Translations under genes and position numbers: made by a program
Shown: positions 48,401 to 61,150 of the stretch, one piece after another
Position numbering within the stretch: position 1 is the stretch's first letter
Layout: every line of letters starts with the position of its first letter
Notes under the pieces: generated by a model
Seen by the model: the letters and a program-made list of their open reading frames with translations, nothing else
Database searches by the model: none
Told to the model about the DNA's origin: nothing
Origin: Trichoplax adhaerens
Taxonomy: Eukaryota > Animalia > Placozoa
Direction: 5' to 3'
Assembly (NCBI RefSeq): GCF_000150275.1
Contig: NW_002060947.1
Span: 6,277,648 to 6,341,647 of the forward strand
DNA: 64,000 nt

Positions 48401-51400
48401 TCTAAAAATATTCTAAGTAGATAGTGTTATACCAACATAAAGCTTTAATTCTGTTTTATTCTTAAGCTTAAAAATCATCACGATACATCCTATCCTACAG
48501 TAATAGCAAGCAATTTTTCATTTTATCCTGACTATTATGTCCTATTCCTTACGAATTTTGTTGAAATCCTTCAGCAATGCAAATTTTAGCTACGATTTGT
48601 CTTAGAAATGACAGTATAAAACGGTGCCAAGTTGTCGATTTCATGTTGTTAGAATCAATTCTATACTTATATATTCGATTCGCATACAACTATAACCTAG
48701 AGATTTGCACAGACAACGATCAGGCACTACACATATTATAATTTACAGTACCTTTTAACTCCCCATTTGATCATATTGTCAATTTCTTTTTCTTGAGCGT
48801 CGATTTGTTTTATCGTTTGTGCCATCCTATAGATAGTGTAAGCGCCACCACTAACCTGACCTCCGAATAAAGCTACCATTTGATTTTTAGTTAAATTACT
48901 AACTAAAGGATTATTATAGATTAGCGAATCCGTAGTAAAGAAAGAGCCATTATAAGTTTTCAAGACTGCGCCTGTTTCAAATAAGAATCTCATAAATTGC
49001 AATCGATCAGGTATGGCTTTGGAGCAAGCTTCTAATCCGGGGAAGGATCCGTATATGGCGTGACTGTCATAATTTACCGCATCGAATTCTTCAGGATAAA
49101 AGTAATTACCGACCACTAATTCAGGATTGCTCATTTTAGCAGCGCGAACTTTCCAAAAATCGAAAGAATTAACCACGGATTTATTTTCCAAGTTATACTT
49201 TCTAACGATATTACCAATAGCAGCACCGATTCTATTAACATAGTCCATATCTGGCTGTTTAACAGGTGTGTCAGGTTTCATCTAAAGGTATCATCAATAG
49301 TGGAGTAGAACATGAGATAATTGAGGATTGTTAAATAATTTTATGAAGATTATGAGAGATTGAACTAGTGTGTTAGGTTTAATCTACAGATATCCTAAGC
49401 GGTGGAGTAAGAACAAGACATTATCGAAGATTGTTTAAATAATTTTATAAAGATTACTAGGGAAATATTGATACTAATGATAGAGTCTTGATGGAGTAAA
49501 ATGAAGAGGTCATGGATAAATATAATTCGGCTCAAAGTAGTTGATATTTATCCTTTCTTCTCCGATTATCGAAATTATACTGGGTACTACCTTATTAAAT
49601 TATTTTAAGATAGTAGAATCACTGAATAAAATATGAACATATTCAAACTTGACATGGACGTTTTAAAAAGAGATACAATCACTGTCAAGAATGAGTTAAT
49701 AAATTGAATTTAAAATTTGGCCAGGTACTATTTTAACACTATTATTTTGAGATAGTAGTACCGCTGTGGTAAGGAAAGAACCACAACATAATATATTGAT
49801 GTATTTATACTGAATAGGAACGTTTAAATTAGGATATAAACACTAGAATTAATAAATTCATAATTGACTAAAAAATTTGGCTTGTTACTCCCTTACAACA
49901 TCATCTTAAGATAGTGTAGAATCGTGTTAATAAAGAAAAATTATAATGTAAAATATTAACGTATTCAAACTTTATATGGACGTTTTAAAGTGGGATAGAA
50001 ACACTTGAAATAATAAATTATCGACTCTAAAACTTGAACAGTCAGTGATAAAATGATACTAAATAAGACAAAGCAGTCTGATAGAAATTGATCCCAGAAG
50101 CAATAAGACAACGAGTCATTAGCTTGATATTCATTTTTACTATTCCACATAGATTTTTACCTCAATAAAAATCAGCATACTCTCATTTTCAAAACGTTTT
50201 AGAATATCGTCCAGAAGTGGCAGTGGGCGTGTTTGATTAAATTCATAGACATTATTGCCTGTAGAGAAAATATTTTTGAAATGAAATAATGGTCATTCAG
50301 AGCAATAGAACGATGATATAGAGATACATGATCACAGCACTTATATTACATCATTACTATCATATCAAAATTCATTATCATTCACCATATTTTAACTTCT
50401 TCTTCAATCTTAATTGGCTGGAGATTTCATCATAGGTCATGTTGTAGATAGTTTTGTCTGTTCCAGTTAAATGCTAGATATCACCGAAGAGAATTAAATC
50501 AGGTAGATGTCAATTTCTAATTTCTTAAATGATTTACTCCATTCTTTATGTTCTCTTTACTGCATTTATTCTACGCCTGAGTTGTACTATAATTTGAAAA
50601 TGGTTACTGGTATCAAAGAGAGAATGATTCTGTAATACTTTGTCTAGACATCTATTTCAATTTATCAGACTAATTTTGAACATGAGGAAATCTATTGATT
50701 GAAGACTATGCTGCTATAAAGAAATGGCTACTGGATTTGCTAAGGAAAACTGAATACAAGTATAATATTTCTTTCACCATTTGCCAAGTTAAGCCTACGT
50801 ACAGTATATAATAGCACTGCTACTTAGCACCATTTCGCATCGTGAGCATAATTTTTTCACCGTTTATGTCCTTAGTTTACTATAGCTATCTACCATTAAC
50901 TTTAGGTGTCAACAATCGTTTATACAATGACAAGAGTTAAAAAATTGACCAATCTTATCATGGCTACGTCTATGTCTATAGTTTATTAGAACTATCGATA
51001 ATAATTACTTAAGGAATCAATGATCGCTTTTTCAGTGAATAGAAGTAACATTAACAAATGTTATGATGGCTAATACTTTGAGTCATTTTAGATTACACTG
51101 AGTACCGGGATTGACCATTTCTGAGTCCGATAAATCTGTAACATGGATGACGATAACGTTCTAGCTTGTCAGAGGAACATTAAAAAGATTTGACTATCAT
51201 TTTAAATGCTTGCTTTAATTTCATGAACAATATACACCGTTAGGTTCAACACAAATTGAAACTGGATTCTTAGTGTAATGCCTCCTCAGGCTGCTATAAG
51301 TTTAAACATCCTGATCTTTTAAAACATTTCAATGTATTGTGCATCCAGTAAAGCTCAAAACGAATCTTTTTCAGTTACCTCAGTGTTTGGCTCGTGGAAC

Positions 51401-51699
51401 AAAACTAATTTGTCATCTTTAGTCAAGAAAACATCCAATTCGAAGCCATCAGCGTTGGTATCTAATAAACTTACGAAACCATCATATGTATTTTCTTGAA
51501 AAATACGAGGATTACCACGGTGGCCAATAATTAATGGAGGTACTTTCTGACGGAGGATATGCTCAGCTGGTATAGGCTGAATATGTCCACTTTTATCCGT
51601 ACAATTAGGCCACTGTGTTTGAGCTGAAACTGAACTTAAAAGAACCACAACAAGTATCCCAGCGTAGTTCCACATTCTATTTCGGTTCATATCTGCCAT
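45480..51699 (-). CDS. Secreted/GPI-anchored tandem two-domain glycerophosphodiester phosphodiesterase, paralogue B (~737 aa, 8 exons)
   Basis: Exons 51699-51379, 50473-50386, 50258-50161, 49281-48752, 47852-47564, 47404-47320, 46454-46357 and 46184-45480 (2214 nt, in frame). Internal exon lengths (88, 98, 530, 289, 85, 98) are identical to paralogue A. Signal peptide ...YAGILVVVLLSSVSA|Q, two HRG/ELD motif sets, Ser/Thr stalk, and hydrophobic C-terminus LISATILLFIFGLVQWLTI. Confidence 0.92.
46860..47320. repeat. Degenerate ~60-70 bp tandem array in GDPD-B intron 6, abutting the exon 6 donor
   Basis: (G/A)GTCAATAA(A/C)TAACATT...GAT.TCATC.TTTA.C...GTAG...ATT.CT recurs ~7-8 times. Confidence 0.85.
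47930..48480. repeat. Degenerate ~77-85 bp tandem array in GDPD-B intron 4
   Basis: ATTCTTAGTAAATAATGTTACACCAACATAAAGTACTAATTCCGTTTTACTCTTAAA recurs ~7 times. Confidence 0.9.
49560..49995. repeat. Degenerate tandem array, ~3 copies of ~150-165 bp, in GDPD-B intron 3
   Basis: GTACTAC.TTA...ATT.TT(A/G)AGATAGTAG...ATTCAAACTT.A.ATGGACGTTTTAAA recurs. Confidence 0.7.
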
Positions 51700-54129
51700 T
51701 TGGTAATTTTGCTAATAACAAAATCAAATTCAAAATGCCAAAATGGAATGTGCAATAATACCTTTGAACACGACTAATTATATCATTTAGTGGGGTACCA
51801 TGGTGGTAAAGTCTTTTAGGATTGGTCTATCATGATTCGTGAACTTCTTTTCCAGTATTCAAACCATACATGGCATCCTACTGGAGAGTGATAAACAAAT
51901 TCTATACCATGCTTATTATTATCCTATTATTTCTTTAGATCTGATATGAATAAAGGTTACTTTTATGTTTCAAGGCTTTTTCTATAATGCACCGCCGAAT
52001 CTATTATGCCCATTAAGCTAATAACGTGATCAAATTATTCAAATGCTCTTAATATCGGATAATAGGCAGTATCTACCAAAAGAATAAGTCAAAAATAAGT
52101 TTCTAACTAACGAATGACAGTACTTGTGAGCAGCTATAAGGCATATTGCAAGTTATCCTAATATCTGATGACTGTATTTGGTACAAGATTGTTTTTGTAT
52201 CAACATGTTGCTGCTATAAAAATTAGCTTCGTTTTCTGAATAAATCATTTACTGAACTTTTAATGCATAACTATCTGATGACTGTACGAGTATAAGATCT
52301 TGATCAACATGTTACCGTTTGTCACGATGTTGATTCTTGTTATGTGTAAATTAATTCTAGTTGGAAGTGCTAATGGACGATGACATGATTATGTTTATGA
52401 TATTGAATTTAACACCAACCATATTATCTATCCAGTTATTGTTAATTTTAGTCTCTTAAATGATTTAGTGGTGCTGATTCTCTAGGTCTTAATTAATCGT
52501 TAATTGATTTATATTAATTAAGGTTGTTTACTGTTAGATTCTATAGTATATTATATTATAAATTTATCTCTCATTCTAATATTAATGTAAGTAAATTATA
52601 CAACCGGCATATTTCAACAATGCCCCATTCGTTTAAGGCAAATGTACGTAAGCCAGTGTAGCGAATTAGTTGATTAGTTGCTATTTCTTTGTTGTACGAT
52701 AAGGTCTATACTTTTCGGGTACTCTTAGAATAAAACTCATTCAGTTAAAGAACCTTCTAGCCACTTATAATACTTGCGAGTCTGTAGTTGGTCAAACTCG
52801 TGGTATTTCTCCTTAGTTAGTAAGATTCCTGAAGTAGCTAGTAGCCAAGTTTGGACGATCACAAAGACGACGTTGTGACACTGTTATAAAAATCGGCTTC
52901 GTTTTATAAATTCTTCATTTGCTGAACTTTCACACTCGTAGAACATTCCTTATAGCATTGGCTATGGTTCACGAAATGAATTGGAAAGAAATTTTATTTT
53001 ATTGTGCATTCTATAGAACTAAAGCGACATAGCAGTTTAATTAACAGAATGACAATAAATTTTGATACTAGACATGGTTACTCTTAATATGCCCAAAATG
53101 AATGATGCCTTATTGTGGAATGGTACTTATGAGGTAATCGAGCCAAATCGAATCGATTGAATCATGGAAAAGATGGAACTACTGTTATGTTTAAGCTAGA
53201 ATTAGCTATTTAGGCTTGATAGAATCCAGACGGCTATCTATCTGGCCGCTAGAAAATCATTTATTTATTATTTATTATGCATGCGTATTTCAATAACAAT
53301 TCAGCGTCGGAGAGCTATTGCACCTACATTGCATGATATTTGTTGGTATGAATGGTTTATTTGCATTTCCTATAAATAATATTGAATCCCTTATTATATA
53401 AAGAAGAATAAACGAGTTGGACGTAGACTGTGATTATAAATATTCCTAAAACGTGTTACTCAGCCACGATAATGTTGAAAGATCAAAGACGGCGAATAGT
53501 TTTGATCTTAAAGTATTATAAATATTGACCTTAAATTTGAAAATACATCTCGTTTCCACGATTCAAGATTCTTATGATAATATCAAGGTAGAATGATGCA
53601 AATTTTATTATAATTGCCAATTAATTTTAATTACAGCTATCTAGTTCGATTGTAAAATAATCTAATGTATTCCTATGACTGTAGTTTTACTTTTTTAAGC
53701 AATAACCACCATCAAACTACTGCTTAGAGTAATTATCAACTATTTTAAAATGAACTGTGCTCAATTTAAGGGCATTTTGACTGAAATATTGGAATATTAT
53801 CGGTAAAATGGAGAAATATAACACAATATTTCATGGTGCTAAAGTCAAAACATGAGTTAAGAACGATAAACATGAGCGTGAATCTTGGACATTCCTTGTT
53901 CTAGAATCCATAGCGTACGGAAACTTGTTTTAGACAACTGTTGGGGATTTTGGAAAGATCACACCAACAATTTTTAGGTATATAATATAATATTTAGGTT
54001 ATGTCGAAAGCTGAAACGACAATGCAGCTTTTAAACTGAGCGTAATATAGTACTAAAATTGAAATTGAATTCATTTTTGCCGTTATAGATTATATGCCGA
54101 ACCTTTCTCAGGTCTAGTAATATCTTAAA

Positions 54130-54980
54130 AATGCTAGATAGAAGATAGAATTACTGAAATAATGTGCGAAAATTAAAAAATAAAGGCTATGAGTTAGTGA
54201 AATTGAAATTTGAATCCAGTTTATGTTCTATACGTAATTAAATATAAAATTGCAAGATTTGGTGATTTATTGATAATATTTTAGATAGACGGTAGAATTG
54301 CTGAGATAATGTGCGAGATTTTGAGAAATAAAGGCTATGGCCTTTCAATTGTAAGATTTGGCAATTTATTAACAATATTAGATAGTGGATCGAACGATTG
54401 AGATAATGTGCACAATTTGAGTGATAAAGGTTATAAGTTAATGAGCTGAACTTTGAATTCAGTTTGTGTTATAATGGAATATATAAACGTAAGATTTGGT
54501 AACGTATTGACGATGTTTGATAGAAGATAGAATTACTGAGATGATATGCTATGAGATAATATACTAAATTTGAGGAATGCAGACAAGAATTGTGAATTGA
54601 AACTGGAATTCAGTATATGCTGTTAAAATTTGTAAGATTTGGTGTTGTATTGATGATGTTAGATAGAGGATAGAATTAATAAGAAAATGTGCGAAATTTA
54701 AGAAATAATGAGTTAATACATTGAAACTTGAAATCAGCTCATGCTATTATAACCTGGGGGATTTGGTAATATATTGATAATGTTAGGTAGATGATAAAAT
54801 TACTTAGATAAAGCGCGAAATTTGAAGATTAAAGGAATTAATAATTAAAATTTGAATTCTGTTTATGCTGTTATAATGGAATAAATAATTGTAAGATTTG
54901 GTAACATGTTACTAATGTTAAATGAAATGATGAAATGACTGAGATCATGAGCAAAATTGAAGGAATAAAGTCTTTGAGTT
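54130..54980. repeat. Degenerate tandem array, ~7 copies of ~90-145 bp, between GDPD-B and the PAS gene
   Basis: TGTAAGATTTGGT.A..TATTGAT.AT.TTAGATAGA.GATAGAATTACTGAGATAATGTGCGAAATTT...GAATTCAGTT.ATG recurs. Confidence 0.9.
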
Positions 54981-56203
54981 AAGGCAATAATGAAATGATC
55001 GATTTCTGTTAGAGTAATAGTGTAACGAGGTAATAGAATAATCTACCGTAGTATGGTGTAACAGATAATGATGCAAAATCATCTTTTCAACTTTCTCATT
55101 TGTTTGGGGTCATGAAGATCTTCTTTATTGTATTGCTGCTGTTATTAATCATACAGTAATACTCTTATATTGAACGTGACAAGAAATTCAAATTCTTTGC
55201 AAATAATTGAATCTATCCAAGTCTTTTGAGTAGAACTTAGCAATTGCATTTATAGATGCGGCAAACCGTGTCACTTTAAATCGTAGATAATTTTAAGAAA
55301 AGGATAACATAAATTTTCGAACAATTTAACGTGTTATACAAGTTCGTATAGACGCATACATCGCCAGTCTAGCAATATTGCTAAGAGTTGATCAGGAAAT
55401 ACCAACTAGCTCAGGAATAGATTAGCTGTTTAGCATTCATTCTCTTTCATGTTCTCTTTCATTACACAATTACTACCAGTACTATAGGAATTGCCACTTA
55501 AGTAGTAGTTAGAAAGTCGCCTTAACGAATGTAGATAATAAATTTCTTCAATAAAATGGTTAATTTTACAAACGTATTCCACAGCAATATAAAACATTAC
55601 AGCTACTATTTTGATTCATCTAATCATTAATCAGTTTCATTCTAAAGTTATAACTAATTGTATCCTAAATTGAGCATCTGAAGTCAAATAGTTAGCTTGC
55701 ATACTCATTGAGTATATATTAGTGATAATTGTTATTGTTAACGAATAAATTCGTTAGCAGGTCTTGAAAGATGGAAATTATTACAAATATGGTATTTAAG
55801 ATAGATACAGAACGCGAAATAAATCGCCAACTGTTGAAGGTTAGGGTTAGTCTCTGGAAATTGAAGATTTAAATTAGAGTAATTACAAGTTTTCATCATC
55901 CAAGTGATAATAACAGTTCAATCTATGATTATGAATAAACAAAAAAATGCTATGATAGACTAGAATCGATATTAGTTAAAACCACTCTTTCAGGACAGGA
56001 AATTGATGCAACTAGTAGCTATAAATGCTGTAATAGCTTACAACAGGTCAAATTAATAATAAAAGGGGAAGTGATGAAATCAAGTTAAATTTAGATAAAT
56101 TTTTTTATCAATACATCGTCAAAATTGAATGCTGGCTTTAATATCTATCGAAAAAAGACCAGCCAATGAATCTCTTTTCACTTCAAAAACTTTCCTTTTT
56201 CTC

Positions 56204-59200
56204 CTAACTGTTAAGGCTAGTCAGGGCGTTATTGGAAGGCGAGGAAGGTGATAAATGGCTACTGCTACTTGCACTGCTACATTTAGACGGACTTGAAATA
56301 GATGCATAACTCGAGTAATTTGCTTCTATAAAGCGATTGATGGATATATCATCAAATGACTGCGCATTCATTCCTGCATATCGGTCTCCATTTTGATCGC
56401 CAATGTAACCCCATTCGTCGATTGTACTTTCACGACTAGAGTAAGGCTCTGAATAACGCCTTACTCGATTGCTTTTCTCCTTTATATTTTCTGCCACTTC
56501 CGAATTGCATTGTGCAATTTCGTCAATCTGTTGATGATCTGTCGAAGGTGAAGGTTTTGGACAAGTCTGTAATAACTTTTCTAGTTCAGACGGTCCATCC
56601 TTTGGCTTTTGACGTTGATATTCAATTTGAGTTTTCAACCATCGAGACATGACCATTTTTTGCATCAATTTCTGCCTGTCTCCTTCTGATAATCGACGTC
56701 TTTTATTCAAGGCATTTAATAGCAGTGTGATATTTCCAGCTTTAGCTTGAATTTTACATTGACGCTGTTTGCTTGTATTTCGACGACCTGCCGTTGATTT
56801 CTTCTTACCCATATTCAATCTGTTTTGCTTTTCATAACCTGAAACTGATGGTTTATGGCATAGCGGCTTAGGTTGCGCTTGTTGAGCTAAATTGGCCTCG
56901 GTACTCATCTATGAAAGATAATTAAGGTATAATCATTTAAGTAATTTACCTCAATAGCTTAGTAATTATTAAATCTATCTTTAACTATATCTGGTAATGA
57001 AAACAATTAGTAAATAAGCAAGTCTAGTTAATGCAGTAAGATATATTGCTTTAATCCTTTCTTACCAGCGTCGAACTTGAGGAGTAACTTTTTAAGTTCA
57101 TGGTAGCTGAAGTATCTGGCATCGTGTAAGAGCAATTGACTAATTCTTGTTGGTTGGGGTAAGAACAGTTGTAATTTTTTCGGCTATCTTCACTAGTATA
57201 TTGTGTAAAACTGGGTATAGCTGTATAACCATGACCATATTGAAAGATTGGTTCTTCCATGGATAAGGTACTTGTTGTTGGATTAATGATAGGAGCAGAT
57301 GGGTAATTTCTAGTGGTCGCTGGATAAAATAGGTCGTTATAATCATCAGAGCTTGTACTAGCGAAAGACTGATCGATATCGACATTCGGCGCACTAACAG
57401 AAGCTGCCATATCATGAAGCTGAGACATGGTAGGCTCTTGGTTTGACATGGCAGTCATGACTGAGCTAAAAGTAACATTATCACTGGATACTGATGTTGA
57501 AGTCGAGTTAAAATCAAATGTATCCATAGAAGATTGACTGATTGGGCAAGTGCTGCCCGTTGTTGTCGTCAATGCTACCGAGTGTTGTGTTGATGGATAG
57601 GAATAAGCAATTTCTTGATCTAAATCAGTGGTTAAATCCATCATTTCTTCAGTAGGAGATCTCTCATTGGCTAAAGGCGACGGCTGATATTGGATATCAT
57701 TATGCCTTGATGGTGAAGGATTTCCTGCCGTAGTGATTATGGGCGAAAGGGGATCCGAAATAGGGCTGTTCGAGTTGCCTATGCCATGGCTACCCTTAGA
57801 AGTATCATTTTGGTAAGCTGGCTCAGAAGATGCTTGAATTTTATCTTCTGCTTTCCTAATAATTGAAAGTTCTATTGATTAATTGTATACTTCTACCATA
57901 TTCTATCTCAATATACGAGTATTACAGACAAGCAGCGTAATCGACATACCTAATGGCAACGTTGTCACTTATTAAGTAATCAATTTCTCCATTCTGTTGC
58001 CGAGAGACGCCAATATTGGATTTTAGCCATGTACAGCTGCCACTTTTCGTTAACAGTCGGTACAGCACATGATGACAATGGCCTTCATTAATGGCTATAA
58101 AAATAACACGAAACATGGTGATGATTAGCAATTGAAAATTGATGTTAGCCTTAGAGTATAAACTTGATAGACTGATAGCACAAAACATGGCGGTAGTTTA
58201 CGATTGAAAATCAATGTTCTGTATTGCTTTCACGTTAAAGTGCAAACTTGATAAACTGACAGCGAATAGAATCTTAAACAATGTCTGTCATGGAAAAGCT
58301 ATGGTTGACTTTAAAGGTTATATTTGATAATAAATAAAACTTTACCAATTATCGCATTGAATTTACTAACTTTAAAGATGCCAAGTTACATTACAGTAAA
58401 TACAATCGGATCTGACCAATTTGATAGGCTGTCTATCGCAAAATTTATTGCAATAACATCGTAGTAATTTATTGTTTTAATTGTAACATATCGAAATAGA
58501 TTGTAGAAGGTAGGATAGGAATCATTTGTTACCTGATTTTTGGGCTTCCTTCAAGATTGAAACATCTTCCTCATGAATATAGTTAAATATTGGCTGACCA
58601 ATCATTTCATGGAATGCATACCCAGTAATATCAGTAAATCTGCAGCGTATTAATATACAAAATAAATCAATTTCTGATTATTTATAAGCTATTTAGTAGA
58701 ACATGATGTAGATGAGAACAATTTAAGTATTACTTGGCCGTTAATGACAGTTCTGCTTTTACTGCTACATATGAATTCTATTACTACTGCACAAAAAGTA
58801 TTCTAGAACGGATTTCGCTATCGTAAATGAAAGTGACGTATGGAACAAGCATATTCTACAGCGTAAAGAAATACCGTTGATCAATTTGCTGCACAATTCC
58901 GTTAACATCGCATAGCATTCTTGCATTGCCATTGGGAAGATCGCAAAGCGATGAACTTTTCCTTTTGCTAGCTAGTCTTGCAATACCGGTTAACCAAATA
59001 TCGCGCACCAACTCAACATTATTAGACCCAGATGCTGGATTTGGTGAGGCAAGTGGAAAGCAAGAAGTCATAGCTAGTCGGCTAGATGCGGATAAGCTAT
59101 AGTGATCTCCAAATTGGTTATTGCGTTGATTTAGTGACTGCATTTTATCAACCGCTGTAATAGAATAGATCAGGAAATTAAAATACGATAGAGGTAAAAA

Positions 59201-60914
59201 GTTGTTTACAAAGCCTTAAATTACTCCATGCCTTGAGATTGCCTCTATCAGATGTATTTTGCAATTTTAAATGTTAAGATTATTGCGATCAACTAACCCA
59301 CTTGAGTGCAATGTATAAATCCCGAGCATTGCAATTTGTAGAAAGAAGTTCTATCGACATTTTCAGAGATTCTGACTGCAAACGATAATTTTTGTCTGTT
59401 GCAGTGATTGCAAAAAAATTGAGGTTTGACCATTCCTATTGAAGAGAAGGAAAGAATGGATAACTTTAAATACGTTCTAAAACGGCTTAATCTTAGAGAT
59501 TTGCTAGTTTTATATCCGGTAGATCATAAATAATGGATACCTTTGCAATATAGCTACATACCATACCGTACCTGATATTGCTGAACCGATTGAGGAACCA
59601 GAAATAGCAGGACAACCTGTTGAGTGATTGTGGAATTGATCTTGCAGTTGGATTACATCTTCATGATGAGCATAGGTGAATAAATTTCCTCCAATAACGT
59701 CCATCTACACCAAATTAATCAAGTTGATAAATATTAGATATAATATGAATAAAGGCTCTTCAATAATACTTAGTAACCAAAGCTAACTAGGCCCATTGTG
59801 AAATGAAGGCGATGAATGGACATAAATTCTTAATTTAATACAGCTACGTTGTTTCGTTAGGTAATTTTTTACTTCAAGGGCTACCTTACATAGTATAAAC
59901 TTATGAAAACAATTTATTATAGATCATGAACGGTTTTCGATGATCGATACCTTACTTTCTAATCATACTACGACTAAAGATTATCAAAATGTGAGGTTGC
60001 TGAAGCTCCATCAAATTTTTTGCTGTGATATATCAATTTTAGTCTAAAAATAAAGCGTTCAAAAGCGATTTTCCAGTATTGTGTGCGAACGTTATGTCTT
60101 AATCAGGGTCAATAAAAATATGTAGTAGTTATTCCTTGAAATATAAATGAAATCATACCAAAGATCGAAAGCAATTTCTATTGAAGATTATAATCAAGAC
60201 AATTTGATCCGTGCTTTCTATTACTTTAATAAATACTTTTAATGTATGGCACTAAATCATGCTAGAAGTTCCATATTATTACCTCGATCAATTTTTTTAA
60301 GATCTGTGTTTACAAGTTTATTAACGTTCCTACTATAAAAAATATTGATTGATAATGCTGCAAAATGTTCATTAATTCATATAATTGAACTACAGCTGCA
60401 AACATAGTCTGATCGGAACATAAAGAGAATAAAGTATAAAATAGAGGTAGAATTTTTACCTTATTACACTTAAGAACTGTCTCAATACTAGGAGAAACGA
60501 ATAATATATGGCCTGATCGTGACATGACGAATAGAAATCCATCAATTGCCTGCAAAGAAAACGAAATTGTCAGATTTAGATTCCATGATGTGCCAATATC
60601 AAGAGCTAAATTAATACATCAGTGAAAGCAGAGATTTTTACTTCTAACGCCAACTGTGATAATTGGTAATTATCATCTTGAAAATTTGAGGATGGCTGAT
60701 TGTCTGATTTAACATGATTTAATCATATCGGTTAGAAAATTAATAATTTAATAGCTGAATCATATCTCTGAACATAAATATGCCACTACTATACTGATAT
60801 ATACAAGATACAAATTTTGTCTAGTACAACAAATTTATCTTACCATAATCTTCCTGTTCTTGAGTACTGTAAGTCATCAATAGTCTTTCAATGAAACTTT
60901 TAAGTTTCTCATCA
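56204..60914 (-). CDS. PAS-A/PAS-B transcription factor of the bHLH-PAS type, 5'-incomplete (bHLH exon not located)
   Basis: In-frame exons 60914-60844, 60703-60642, 60549-60460, 59704-59572, 59435-59298, 59154-58875, 58639-58533, 58094-57950, 57855-57066 and 56908-56204. PAS-A: LALEAIDGFLFVMSRSGHILFVSPSIETVL..DVIGGNLFTYAHHEDV. PAS-B/PAC: IDQRFTDITGYAFHEMIGQPIFNYIHEED..YRLLTKSGSCTWLKS. Followed by a Ser/Thr/Pro-rich tail. Confidence 0.9.
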
Positions 60915-60939
60915 CTAAATTTACTATCAAAATGAATAA

Positions 60940-61150
60940 AAGTACATTCTAAGAGATATGTATCAATAGCTTATTCATTACAGCATGAAATTCTTATTCT
61001 TAAATTTGCTATTAAATGAATAAAAATTTATTCCACGAATATATAATATCATTAGCGTATTCATTACGACATTAAATCCTTATGCTTAAATTTGCTATCT
61101 AAATGTATAAAAATTCATCTTAAGTATATATGTATGTCATTAGCGTATAA
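60940..61150. repeat. Degenerate ~85-bp tandem repeat in a PAS-gene intron
   Basis: TCA.TAGC.TATTCATTAC..CAT.AAAT.CTTAT.CTTAAATTTGCTAT..AAATG.ATAAAAATT recurs 2-3 times. Confidence 0.75.

Noticed and set aside
27501-51699. Recent bacterial contamination or recent HGT of GDPD genes
   Set aside because: Each gene has seven canonical introns, eukaryotic targeting signals and host-like composition; any transfer would have to be ancient.
40690-54980. Regularly spaced repeats resembling CRISPR arrays
   Set aside because: Whole units are homologous and degenerate, with no constant repeat plus unique spacer structure; there are no cas genes and the DNA is spliceosomal-intron-rich eukaryotic sequence.
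56204-60914. Calling the PAS gene HIF-alpha, ARNT/BMAL or AHR
   Set aside because: No LxxLAP degron or other diagnostic motif is visible, and the bHLH is not seen. DEKLKSFIERL resembles BMAL helix 1 but no helix 2 follows.
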